A stretch of DNA of 32,000 nt, taken from Mycolicibacterium smegmatis. GTDB lineage: Bacteria; Actinomycetota; Actinomycetes; Mycobacteriales; Mycobacteriaceae. The translations under genes were made by a program, and so were the position numbers. The stretch spans positions 3,150,001 through 3,182,000 of the forward strand of contig NZ_LN831039.1 in NCBI RefSeq assembly GCF_001457595.1, given 5' to 3'. This document shows positions 1 to 8,540 of this stretch, one piece after another. How positions within the stretch are numbered: the stretch's first letter is position 1; the number at the start of each line of letters is the position of its first letter. The notes under the pieces were generated by a model. The model did no database searches, was not told the DNA's origin, and worked only from the letters and a program-made list of their open reading frames with translations.

Positions 1-1
1 G

Positions 2-1006
2 GAGATCGCGTTCGCCGAGATCGCCCGACTCACCGCTACCGACGCCCCACAGCCGTGGGTCCTCGACCGCGCGCTGCGCCATCTGCTGACCGACATCACC
101 GGCAACACCCACCGCGCGGAGTTCTGCATCGACAAGCTCTACAGTCCCGACGGCGCCCGCGGCCGCCTCGGCCTGCTGGAGCTGCGCGGCTTCGAGATGC
201 CGCCGCACCACCAGATGGCGATGGTGCAGGCGCTGCTCGTCCGGTCGCTGGTGGCGTGGTTCTGGGACGAACCGCTGCGCGCCCCGCTGATCCGGCACGG
301 GGCCAACCTGCACGGCCGATACCTGCTGCCGCACTTTCTGATTCGCGACATCGCCGACGTCGCGGCGGACCTGCGTGCGCACGGCATCGACTTCTTGACC
401 AGCTGGCTCGACCCCTTCACCGAGTTTCGTTTCCCGCGGATCGGGACCGCGGTGTTCGACGGTGTCGAACTCGAACTGCGCGGCGCGATCGAACCGTGGA
501 ACGTGCTGGGGGAGGAGTCGACGGCCGGCGGCACCGCGCGTTACGTCGACTCGTCGGTCGAGCGCATCCAGGTGCGCCTCGTGGGCGCCGATCGGGACCG
601 CTACGTCGTGACGGCCAACGGCCATCCGATCCCGCTGCTTGCCACCGAGAAATCCGACGTGCAGGTGGGTGGCGTGCGGTACCGCGCGTGGCAGCCGCCC
701 AGCGCTCTGCACCCGTCGATCACCGTCGACGGCCCGCTGCGGTTCGAGCTGATCGACACGGCAACCGGCACGTCAAAGGGCGGCTGCACGTACCACATCG
801 TGCATCCGGGCGGCCGGTCCTACGACACCTCGCCGGTCAACGCGGTCGAGGCGGAATCGCGGCGCGGCCGCCGCTTCGAGGTCATCGGTTTCACGCCAGG
901 AAAAGTGGACATGTCCGTCATTCGGGAGCGGCAGGCGCGCCAGTCCACCGATGTGGGTGCACCGGGGATTCTCGATCTGCGCCGGGTGCGTACCGTTCTT
1001 CGTTGA
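2..1006 (+). CDS. Large transglutaminase-family protein, C-terminal DUF2126-like part (5' end lies upstream of the window)
   Basis: Frame 2 is open from nt 2 to TGA 1004-1006 with strong G/C third-position bias. The translation EIAFAEIARLTATDAPQPWVLDRALRHLLTDITGNTHRAEFCIDKLYSPDGARGRLGLLELRGFEMPPHHQMAM... resembles the conserved C-terminal module of ~1100-aa bacterial transglutaminase/DUF2126 proteins (from memory, no search run). The stop overlaps the next start (TGATG). Confidence 0.8.
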   Translation, partial: EIAFAEIARLTATDAPQPWVLDRALRHLLTDITGNTHRAEFCIDKLYSPDGARGRLGLLELRGFEMPPHHQMAMVQALLVRSLVAWFWDEPLRAPLIRHGANLHGRYLLPHFLIRDIADVAADLRAHGIDFLTSWLDPFTEFRFPRIGTAVFDGVELELRGAIEPWNVLGEESTAGGTARYVDSSVERIQVRLVGADRDRYVVTANGHPIPLLATEKSDVQVGGVRYRAWQPPSALHPSITVDGPLRFELIDTATGTSKGGCTYHIVHPGGRSYDTSPVNAVEAESRRGRRFEVIGFTPGKVDMSVIRERQARQSTDVGAPGILDLRRVRTVLR

Positions 1007-3720
1007 TGGTTCTACGCGCGAACGGCTCCCAGCCCACCTCGACCGCCGGCGCCGCCGGCGATCTCGGTGCGGGCTCCGACGTCTCAGGCGCCCCCGGTAT
1101 CCGGGATGTCGACGGAGTGCTCGAGAAGTACCGCCGCACCCGCCTGCAGCGGGCGCTGTTCGACGTGCGGGGTTCACAGGCCGGCACGGCCTACGACGAG
1201 TTCGTCGACACGGCGGGCGAGGTCCGCCCCGCATGGCGTGAGCTGGCCGAGTGTGTCTCCGAGCGCGGACGTTCCGGCCTCGACCGCCTGCGCGAACAGG
1301 TCAACGCCCTGGTCGACGCCGACGGCATCACCTACATCCAGGTCGACCGCCACGGTGAGATCGTCATCGACCGCGAGGGCGCCGCGATGCCGGGACCTTG
1401 GCATCTCGACGCGCTGCCGATGGTGATCTCCGCCGAAGAATGGGACGTGCTGGAGGCCGGCCTGGTGCAGCGTTCACGTCTGCTCGACGCAGTGCTGGCC
1501 GATCTGTACGGCGAGCGCCGCTCGATCACCAGTGGCGTGCTCCCGGCGCAGTTGCTGTTCTCCCATCCCGGCTATCTGCGGGCCGCCCACGGCATCACGG
1601 TGCCGGGTCGTCACCAATTGTTCCTGCACGGGTGTGACATCAGCCGCGGCGACGACGGCGCGTTCGTGGTCAACGCCGACTGGACCCAGGCCCCTTCCGG
1701 CGCCGGTTACGCACTGGCCGACCGGCGCGTCATCGCCCATGCGGTCTCGGAACTGTACGAGCGCATCGCGCCGCGGCCGGTGTCGCCATGGGCGCAGGCC
1801 CTACGCCTGGCCCTGATCGACGTCGCACCCGAATCCGCCGAGGAACCGGTGGTCGTGGTGCTGAGCCCCGGCATCCACTCGGAGACCGCGTTCGACCAGG
1901 CCTATCTGGCGGGCGTGCTCGGCTTCCCGCTGGTGGAGAGCGCCGATCTGGTGGTCCGCGACGGCAAGCTGTGGATGCGGTCGCTGGGCACCCTCAAACG
2001 TGTCGATGTGGTCCTGCGCCGCGTCGACGCGGACTACGTGGACCCACTCGACCTGCGCCCCGATTCCCGGCTGGGCGTCGTCGGGCTGGTCGAGGTGCTG
2101 CGCCGCGGTGCGGTGACGGTGGTCAACTCCCTGGGCAGCGGCGTCCTGGAAAGCCCCGGCGTGACGCGGTTCCTGCCGCAGCTGGCACAACTGCTGCTCG
2201 ACGAGACACCGCAGCTGGACACCGCGCCGCTGTACTGGGGCGGTATCGACATCGAACGCTCGCACCTGCTCACCAGGCTCGACTCGCTGCTCATCCGCCC
2301 CGTGTGCGGCGGCAAACCGATCGTGGGGCCCGAACTGTCCACCGCGCAACGCGAGGAACTGGCGGCGCGCATCGAGGCGACGCCGTGGCAGTGGGTCGGC
2401 CAGGAACTGCCGCAGTACTCCACGGCCCCGGTCGACTTCCGCAGCTCCGGACTGTCCTCGGCCGGTGTCGGTATGCGATTGTTCACCGTCGCGCAGCGCA
2501 GCGGCTATGCGCCCATGGTCGGCGGACTCGGGTATCTGATGGCGCCGGGCAACGCGGCGTTTCGCACCAACACCGTGGCCGCCAAGGACATCTGGGTACG
2601 CACACCCGATCGGGTGACGGCCGAACGCATCCAGGCCCCGGTCGAGCTGGCGACGCCGGAGACCCGGCCGAGCCCGACACGCGTGGTGAGTTCACCACGC
2701 GTGCTGGCGGACCTGTTCTGGTTGGGCCGCTACGCCGAACGTGCCGAGAGCACCGCACGGTTGCTCAACGTGACCCGCGAGCGCTACCACGAATACCGCT
2801 ACCGGCAGGCATTCGAGGAAAGCCGTTGCGTGCCGGTGCTTCTCGGTGCTCTCGGGTCCATCACGGGCACCGACACCGGAGCGCGCGACGACGATCACGA
2901 GGCCATCGCGACCGCACCCACCACGCTGTGGTCGGTGACCGCCGACCGGTACCGGCCCGGGTCGCTGGCGCAGTCGGTGGAGCGCCTCGGCCTGGCCGCC
3001 CGCGCCGTGCGCGACCAGATGTCCAATGACACCTGGATGGTCCTGGCCGGGGTCGAACGTGCCGTGCTGCGCACCAGTTCCGTTCCGCCCGACTCGCATT
3101 CGGCCGGTGAGACGTATCTTGCGAACGCGCACAGCCAGACGCTGGCGGGCATGCTCGCGCTCAGCGGTGTGGTCTCCGAATCGATGGTGCAGGACATCGG
3201 CTGGACGATGATGGACATCGGCAAACGCATCGAACGCGGGCTGCACCTCACCGCGCTGCTGCGCGCGACGCTGGCGCAGGTGCACAGCCCAGCAGCCGAA
3301 CACGCCGTCGCCGAGTCGACGCTGGTGGCGTGTGAATCCTCGGTGATCTACCGGCGTCGCAACCCGGGCCGGATCAGCGTGGCCGCCATCGCCGAACTGG
3401 TGCTGTTCGACGCCGAGAACCCCAGATCGCTGATCTACCAATTGGAGCGGCTGCGCACCAGGCTCAAGACACTGCCCGGTTCTTCGGGATCATCGCGCTC
3501 CGAGCGGCTGGTCGACGAGATCGCCACGCGGCTGCGGCGTCTGGACCCCGACGACCTGGAGACCGTGACCGACGGCATGCGCGTGGAACTCGCGGACCTG
3601 CTCGACGCCATCCACATCGGGCTGCGCGACCTGGCGACGGTCATCACGGCCGCGCATCTGTCGGTGCCCGGCGGTATGCAGCCCCTGTGGGGTCCCGACG
3701 AGCGGAGGATCCTGCCGTGA
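1006..3720 (+). CDS. Circularly permuted type-2 ATP-grasp protein fused to an alpha-E domain (putative amide/peptide ligase, function unknown)
   Basis: ATG 1006 overlaps the upstream TGA; 904 codons run to TGA 3718-3720. The N-terminal two thirds (YDEFVDTAGEVRPAWRELAE...GITYIQ...VVVLSPG...VESADLVVRDGKLWMR...VDVVLRRVD...NSLGSGVLESPG) look like the circularly permuted ATP-grasp family. The C-terminal third (VLADLFWLGRYAERAESTARLLNV..., nt ~2700-3700) is a typical alpha-E domain. The track ORF portion 55-1005 overlaps the frame-2 gene and is not counted as coding. Confidence 0.85.
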   Translation: MVLRANGSQPTSTAGAAGDLGAGSDVSGAPGIRDVDGVLEKYRRTRLQRALFDVRGSQAGTAYDEFVDTAGEVRPAWRELAECVSERGRSGLDRLREQVNALVDADGITYIQVDRHGEIVIDREGAAMPGPWHLDALPMVISAEEWDVLEAGLVQRSRLLDAVLADLYGERRSITSGVLPAQLLFSHPGYLRAAHGITVPGRHQLFLHGCDISRGDDGAFVVNADWTQAPSGAGYALADRRVIAHAVSELYERIAPRPVSPWAQALRLALIDVAPESAEEPVVVVLSPGIHSETAFDQAYLAGVLGFPLVESADLVVRDGKLWMRSLGTLKRVDVVLRRVDADYVDPLDLRPDSRLGVVGLVEVLRRGAVTVVNSLGSGVLESPGVTRFLPQLAQLLLDETPQLDTAPLYWGGIDIERSHLLTRLDSLLIRPVCGGKPIVGPELSTAQREELAARIEATPWQWVGQELPQYSTAPVDFRSSGLSSAGVGMRLFTVAQRSGYAPMVGGLGYLMAPGNAAFRTNTVAAKDIWVRTPDRVTAERIQAPVELATPETRPSPTRVVSSPRVLADLFWLGRYAERAESTARLLNVTRERYHEYRYRQAFEESRCVPVLLGALGSITGTDTGARDDDHEAIATAPTTLWSVTADRYRPGSLAQSVERLGLAARAVRDQMSNDTWMVLAGVERAVLRTSSVPPDSHSAGETYLANAHSQTLAGMLALSGVVSESMVQDIGWTMMDIGKRIERGLHLTALLRATLAQVHSPAAEHAVAESTLVACESSVIYRRRNPGRISVAAIAELVLFDAENPRSLIYQLERLRTRLKTLPGSSGSSRSERLVDEIATRLRRLDPDDLETVTDGMRVELADLLDAIHIGLRDLATVITAAHLSVPGGMQPLWGPDERRILP

Positions 3721-4637
3721 CAGACGTTTTCGGCGGCGGTGCGACGCGCCGCTACGAGATCACGCACCGGACCGTGTACCGCTACTCCGATGTCGTCACC
3801 AGCTCCTACGGGCGCGGGTTCCTCACGCCACGCGAACTCGACCGGCAGCGCTGCCTGTCACACGAACTGCTGATCGAACCGGAGGCCGCCGACAGTTCGA
3901 CGAGCCGCGACGCGTACGGCAACACCAGTTCGTACTTCCACGTGACCACGCCGCACCGAATGTTGTGCATCACGAGTCATTCGGTGGTCGAGGTGGATCC
4001 GCCCGCACCCGACCACTACACGTGCCGCTCGGCGAAGGCGCCGTGGGAACTCGCGCGCCCGGTCGGTGGTGAGGCCGCCCTGGCCGCGGAGTTCACGCTC
4101 GACCTGCAGCCGCCGGAGATCACCGACGCGGTCCGCGAGTACGCGGCCCCCAGCTTCGAGCCGGGCCGCCCGCTCATGGAGGTGTTGCGGGATCTCACGT
4201 CCCGCATCTACACCGACTTCACCTACCGGTCCGGTTCGACGACGATTTCCACCCAGGTCGCCGAGGTGCTCGCGGCGCGCGAGGGGGTCTGTCAGGATTT
4301 CGCGCGCCTGGCGATTGCGTGCCTGCGCGCCAACGGACTTGCCGCGAGTTACGTGTCGGGGTACCTGGCCACGGATCCGCCGCCGGGGCGCGAGCGCATG
4401 GTCGGTGTCGACGCCACCCACGCCTGGGCGTCGGTGTGGACACCCCAGAACATCTGGCTCGGTCTGGACCCCACCAACGACCAGATGGTCGACGAGCGGT
4501 ACATCGTCGCGGGCTTCGGCCGCGACTACGCCGACGTGCCACCGTTGCGGGGCATCATCTACACCGACTCGGAGAGTAGTGTCATCGAGGTATCAGTCGA
4601 CGTGGCACCGTACGAGGGGGATTTGCTGCATGCGTGA
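3717..4637 (+). CDS. Transglutaminase-like cysteine peptidase family protein (Bact_transglu_N + transglutaminase core)
   Basis: GTG 3717 overlaps the upstream stop (GTGA) and has GGAGGA at 3704-3709, 7 nt upstream. GTG 3687 is the alternative start. N-terminus RRYEITHRTVYRYSDVV is typical of Bact_transglu_N. The core triad context is visible: GVCQDFA (Cys codon 4290-4292), DATHAWASVW, LGLDPTN. Confidence 0.88.
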   Translation: MTDVFGGGATRRYEITHRTVYRYSDVVTSSYGRGFLTPRELDRQRCLSHELLIEPEAADSSTSRDAYGNTSSYFHVTTPHRMLCITSHSVVEVDPPAPDHYTCRSAKAPWELARPVGGEAALAAEFTLDLQPPEITDAVREYAAPSFEPGRPLMEVLRDLTSRIYTDFTYRSGSTTISTQVAEVLAAREGVCQDFARLAIACLRANGLAASYVSGYLATDPPPGRERMVGVDATHAWASVWTPQNIWLGLDPTNDQMVDERYIVAGFGRDYADVPPLRGIIYTDSESSVIEVSVDVAPYEGDLLHA

Positions 4638-5658
4638 CTTCACGTGCCCGAACTGCGGTCAGAGGCTGGCGTTCGAGAACTCGCTGTGCCTGTCGTGCGG
4701 CAGTGCGCTGGGGTTCTCGCTGTGCGACATGGCGCTGCTGGTGATCACCGAGAAGGACCAGAGTGACCACGCGGGCGCGGTCGACGAACAGAAGTACAAA
4801 CTGTGCGCCAACCTTTATGCCGCCGAATGCAACTGGCTGGTCCGCGTCGGCGAGGGCGACGAGTTGTGCGAATCCTGCGCGCTCACCCGCACCCGGCCGG
4901 CCGACAGCGACACCAAGGCCATGGCCGCGTTCGCGGGTGCCGAGCGCGCCAAGCGCCGCCTGATCGTCGAACTGCACGAGCTCAGACTGCCGATCGTGAG
5001 CCGTGCGGAGGATCCCGAGTACGGGCTCGCGTTCGACCTGCTCTCGAGCGAGTTCGACAAGGTGTTCACCGGTCACGAGAACGGTGTCATCACACTGGAT
5101 CTCGCCGAGGGTGACGACGTGCACCGCGAACAGTTGCGCATCGCGATGGACGAGCCCTACCGCACGCTGCTGGGCCACTTCCGCCACGAGATCGGGCACT
5201 ACTACTTCTACCGCCTGGTGGCGCCGTCGGCCGAGTTCACTGCGAAGTTCAACGAACTGTTCGGTGATCCCGACGCCGACTACCAGGCCGCCCTGGACCG
5301 CCACTATCAGGACGGGCCACCTGCGGGCTGGGAGGACGACTTCGTGTCGTCGTACGCCACCATGCACGCCGCCGAGGACTGGGCCGAGACCTTCGCGCAC
5401 TACCTGCACATCCGCGACACACTCGACACCGCCGCGGCATTCGGATTCGCCCCGGCCGGAGCAACTTTCGACCGCCGCGCCCTCGGCCCCAGCGCGTTCG
5501 ACACCATCATCGAGATGTGGCTGCCCCTGGCGTGGTCACTGAACATGGTCAACCGGTCGATGGGCCACGACGACCTGTACCCGTTCGTGCTGCCGCCCGC
5601 CGTGCTGGAGAAGATGCGGTTCGTGCACACCGTGATCGACGAGGTGACCTCGGCCTGA
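4630..5658 (+). CDS. Zinc-ribbon domain plus putative zinc metallopeptidase (HExxH)
   Basis: ATG 4630 lies 8 nt inside the upstream gene, with GAGGGGG at 4614-4620. 342 codons to TGA 5656-5658. N-terminal CPNCG-x10-CLSCG zinc ribbon and a second Cys cluster (C-x7-C ... CESC). HEIGH motif at nt 5185-5199. No signal peptide visible. Confidence 0.85.
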   Translation: MRDFTCPNCGQRLAFENSLCLSCGSALGFSLCDMALLVITEKDQSDHAGAVDEQKYKLCANLYAAECNWLVRVGEGDELCESCALTRTRPADSDTKAMAAFAGAERAKRRLIVELHELRLPIVSRAEDPEYGLAFDLLSSEFDKVFTGHENGVITLDLAEGDDVHREQLRIAMDEPYRTLLGHFRHEIGHYYFYRLVAPSAEFTAKFNELFGDPDADYQAALDRHYQDGPPAGWEDDFVSSYATMHAAEDWAETFAHYLHIRDTLDTAAAFGFAPAGATFDRRALGPSAFDTIIEMWLPLAWSLNMVNRSMGHDDLYPFVLPPAVLEKMRFVHTVIDEVTSA

Positions 5659-5676
5659 CGGGTTCGCCCGCTCTCC

Positions 5677-5733
5677 CGAGCGTCGGCTTGTGTGCGAACT
5701 TTTCGGGATATCTCGCACACAAGCCGACGCTCG
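5677..5733 (+). terminator. 21-bp perfect inverted repeat (stem 5677-5697 / 5713-5733, 15-nt loop), probable factor-independent terminator of the upstream operon
   Basis: cgagcgtcggcttgtgtgcga ... tcgcacacaagccgacgctcg was paired base by base with no mismatch. It starts 19 nt after the stop at 5658. No downstream T-tract, as is common for mycobacterial I-shaped terminators. Confidence 0.6.
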
Positions 5734-5825
5734 ATGTGAGCTGCCGCGCGTGTGTGAACTAACAACACGGTCACGGTGTCGTGACGGCGGCATGTCGCAC
5801 CCATGTCGCGCACAGAAGGCGTTCC

Positions 5826-5831
5826 TAGGAT
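5826..5831 (+). promoter_or_regulatory. Candidate -10 hexamer TAGGAT, 7 nt upstream of GTG 5839 (leaderless-type arrangement)
   Basis: TANNNT consensus read directly. The spacing to the in-frame GTG matches the usual -10 to TSS distance. Confidence 0.4.
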
Positions 5832-5838
5832 CGCCCGT

Positions 5839-6672
5839 GTGACAGATCGCTACGGTTCTGACGTCCTGGCCCGAAACCCGCACGCCCCGAAACGTGCCCG
5901 GTCCACCGAACACCCCGTCGAGATGGGCCTGGTCGTCGAGGACGCCCAGACCGGCTGGGTGGGCGCGGTGGTCCGCGTCGAGGGCGGCCGGGTCGAGTTG
6001 GAGGACCGCCGCGGCAAAATCCGGGCGTTCCCGATGGGCCCGGGGTTTCTCATCGACGGCAAGCCTGTGATCCTCACCGCACCGAAACGCCAAGCGGCGC
6101 CTGCGCGCACGGCGTCGGGTTCGGTCGCGGTGCCCGGCGCCAAGGCCAGGGTCGCACGCGCCAGCCGGATCTACGTCGAGGGCAGGCACGACGCCGAACT
6201 GGTCGAGCAGGTGTGGGGCGCCGATCTGCGCATCGAGGGCGTGGTCGTCGAATACCTCGGCGGTGTCGACGACCTGGCCGACATCGTCGCGGAGTTCGCC
6301 CCGGAACCGGGCCGGCGCCTCGGCGTGCTCGTCGACCATCTGGTTGCGGGTTCGAAGGAGGCGCGGATCGCCGACGCCGTGCGCCGCGGGCCCGGTGGTG
6401 AACACACACTCGTGGTGGGGCACCCCTTCGTCGACATCTGGCAGGCCGTCAAACCGGCCCGCCTCGGCATGAAGACCTGGCCCCAGATCCCGCGCAACAT
6501 CGAGTGGAAGCACGGCATCTGCCAGGCACTCGGCTGGCCCCACCGCGACCAGGCCGACATCGCGCAGGCGTGGCAACGGATCCGGGGCCGCGTGCGTGAC
6601 TGGAACGATCTGGAGCCTGCACTGATCGGCCGCGTGGAGGAGCTCATCGACTTCGTCACCGAACCTGCCTAG
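5839..6672 (+). CDS. DUF3097-like conserved actinobacterial protein (function unknown)
   Basis: Open frame to TAG 6670-6672 with high GC3. The track start ATG 5803 has no SD or -10. In-frame GTG 5839 has TAGGAT 7 nt upstream (AGGA within it could alternatively act as an SD). Family assignment is from memory of the conserved gene next to rarA in actinobacteria. Start uncertain (5803 or 5839). Confidence 0.75.
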   Translation: MTDRYGSDVLARNPHAPKRARSTEHPVEMGLVVEDAQTGWVGAVVRVEGGRVELEDRRGKIRAFPMGPGFLIDGKPVILTAPKRQAAPARTASGSVAVPGAKARVARASRIYVEGRHDAELVEQVWGADLRIEGVVVEYLGGVDDLADIVAEFAPEPGRRLGVLVDHLVAGSKEARIADAVRRGPGGEHTLVVGHPFVDIWQAVKPARLGMKTWPQIPRNIEWKHGICQALGWPHRDQADIAQAWQRIRGRVRDWNDLEPALIGRVEELIDFVTEPA

Positions 6673-6710
6673 CCGCGGCTGCGCCGGCACCCGCGTGGTA
6701 TGCCTGGACT

Positions 6711-8054
6711 GTGTCCGACAGCTTGTTCGATGTTCCCGGCGGCGGCGCAGAGCCCGGGGACGCCATCGCGGCAACCGGTGCGGTGGGCCCCTCGTCGCCC
6801 CTGGCGGTGCGGATGCGCCCGGCCGGCCTCGACGAGGTGGTCGGGCAGTCGCATCTGCTGCAGGCGGGGTCGCCGCTTCGCAGGCTCGTGGAGGGCTCCG
6901 GCGCGGCGTCGGTGATCCTGTACGGCCCGCCGGGAACGGGAAAGACGACGCTGGCGTCGCTCATATCGCAGGCGACCGGCAGGCGCTTCGAGGCGCTCTC
7001 GGCGCTCACCGCGGGGGTCAAAGAGGTGCGCGCGGTCATCGACACCGCGCGCCGGGCAGCCGTGCACGGCCAGCAGACCGTGTTGTTCATCGACGAGGTG
7101 CACCGGTTCTCCAAGACCCAGCAGGACGCCCTGCTGGCGGCGGTCGAGAACCGCGTGGTGCTGCTCGTCGCGGCCACCACGGAGAACCCGTCGTTCTCGG
7201 TGGTGGCGCCGCTGCTGTCGCGATCGCTGATCCTGCAGCTGCAGCCGCTCACCCCGGCCGACATCGAGGCCGTGCTGCGCCGTGCGATCACCGATGAACG
7301 CGGCCTCGGCGGCCGGGTCGAGGTGACCGACGAGGCCGTCGACCTCATCGTGCAACTGTCCGCCGGCGACGCGCGACGCGCGCTCACAGCGCTCGAGGTC
7401 GCGGCCGAGCCGGGGGAGCGGGTCACGGTCGAGACCATCGAACAGTCGCTGGACAAGGCCGCGGTGCGCTACGACCGCGACGGCGATCAGCACTACGACG
7501 TCGTCAGTGCGTTCATCAAATCGGTGCGCGGATCCGATGTCGACGCCGCGCTGCACTACCTGGCACGCATGCTCGTCGCGGGCGAGGATCCGCGATTTGT
7601 GGCGCGCCGCTTGATGATCCTGGCCAGCGAGGACATCGGGATGGCCGATCCGACGGCGCTGCAGACCGCGGTGGCCGCCGCGCAGACCGTGCAGCTGATC
7701 GGGATGCCCGAGGCGCAGCTGACCCTGGCGCATGCCACCGTCCATCTGGCGACGGCACCGAAATCCAACGCCGTGACCACCGCACTGGGCGCTGCGATGA
7801 ACGACATCCGCGCCGGGAAGGCCGGTCTGGTCCCGCCACACCTGCGCGACGGGCACTACTCGGGGGCCGCCAAACTCGGCCACGCCGTCGGCTACCGGTA
7901 CTCCCACGATCACCCGGACGGCGTTGTGGCCCAGCAGTATCCGCCAGACGAACTGGTGGGTGTCGACTACTACCAGCCCACCGGCCGTGGGTACGAACGC
8001 GAGATCTCCACACGGCTGGAGAAGCTGCGCGCCATCATCCGCAGGCGACGCTGA
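6711..8054 (+). CDS. rarA: Replication-associated recombination protein A (AAA+ ATPase RarA/MgsA)
   Basis: [11 protein letters not shown]...[20 protein letters not shown]...[14 protein letters not shown] (Walker A)...LFIDEVHRF (Walker B) plus the C-terminal MgsA domain. Close to my recollection of the M. tuberculosis orthologue. Confidence 0.95.
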   Translation: MSDSLFDVPGGGAEPGDAIAATGAVGPSSPLAVRMRPAGLDEVVGQSHLLQAGSPLRRLVEGSGAASVILYGPPGTGKTTLASLISQATGRRFEALSALTAGVKEVRAVIDTARRAAVHGQQTVLFIDEVHRFSKTQQDALLAAVENRVVLLVAATTENPSFSVVAPLLSRSLILQLQPLTPADIEAVLRRAITDERGLGGRVEVTDEAVDLIVQLSAGDARRALTALEVAAEPGERVTVETIEQSLDKAAVRYDRDGDQHYDVVSAFIKSVRGSDVDAALHYLARMLVAGEDPRFVARRLMILASEDIGMADPTALQTAVAAAQTVQLIGMPEAQLTLAHATVHLATAPKSNAVTTALGAAMNDIRAGKAGLVPPHLRDGHYSGAAKLGHAVGYRYSHDHPDGVVAQQYPPDELVGVDYYQPTGRGYEREISTRLEKLRAIIRRRR

Positions 8055-8092
8055 CGAAACACGCGGCCTGCGAACACATCTGCCGCACAGGA

Positions 8093-8126
8093 ACGGTCCC
8101 GGCCCGCCGAGGCGAGCCGGGACCGT
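8093..8126. terminator. 11-bp perfect GC-rich hairpin between convergent rarA and the YeaQ-family gene
   Basis: acggtcccggc (8093-8103) pairs with gccgggaccgt (8116-8126) around a 12-nt loop. It lies in the 94-nt convergent intergenic region. No T-tract. Confidence 0.5.
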
Positions 8127-8148
8127 CTGGTGAGGGTTCAGGTGTGGG

Positions 8149-8454
8149 TCAGCGCATCAGGCCCGAGCGCCGGCGGCCCAGTACCCCGGTTCGGCGACCC
8201 ATGACGGCCGCGACGAGCGCGACGCCGATCGCGGCGACGACGACCTGGACCAGCAGCTCGAGCCAGTCGATGCCGCTGGTGGCGGTCGGGATCCCCATGG
8301 CGCGGGCGAGGGCGGTGCCGATGAACGCGGCGACGATGCCGACGAGAATTGTCACCAGGAAGCCGATGGGCTGTTTCCCTGGCACGATGAGGCGGCCGAT
8401 CACGCCGACGACGATGCCGATGAGAATGGCGCTGATGATGCCGGTGATGGTCAT
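8149..8454 (-). CDS. GlsB/YeaQ/YmgE-family small stress-response membrane protein
   Basis: 101 aa with three hydrophobic Gly-rich helices (ITGIISAILIGIVVGVIGRLIVPGK...). Strong SD GGAGGA upstream of the ATG (ggaggaaaaATG on the minus strand). Confidence 0.88.
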   Translation of the reverse strand: MTITGIISAILIGIVVGVIGRLIVPGKQPIGFLVTILVGIVAAFIGTALARAMGIPTATSGIDWLELLVQVVVAAIGVALVAAVMGRRTGVLGRRRSGLMR

Positions 8455-8540
8455 TTTTCCTCCATGGCTCGGTGGTGGAGGTGAGATACCCCGGCTGTCG
8501 GCGGCGTAAACGGCGGCTTGAATCCCGTCTTCGAACTGGC

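Noticed and set aside
55-1005. N-terminal 317 codons of the 1221-aa track ORF (frame 1)
   Set aside because: It fully overlaps the frame-2 DUF2126-type gene, which has recognisable conserved sequence. The translation is Arg/Pro/Ala-rich nonsense typical of an off-frame reading of GC-rich coding DNA. A coupled ATG at 1006 gives a protein of the expected family size.
5536-7913. Minus-strand ORFs 5536-6774 (412 aa) and 6669-7913 (414 aa)
   Set aside because: They are antisense to the DUF3097-like gene and rarA, with no motifs and an Arg/Gly/His-rich composition.
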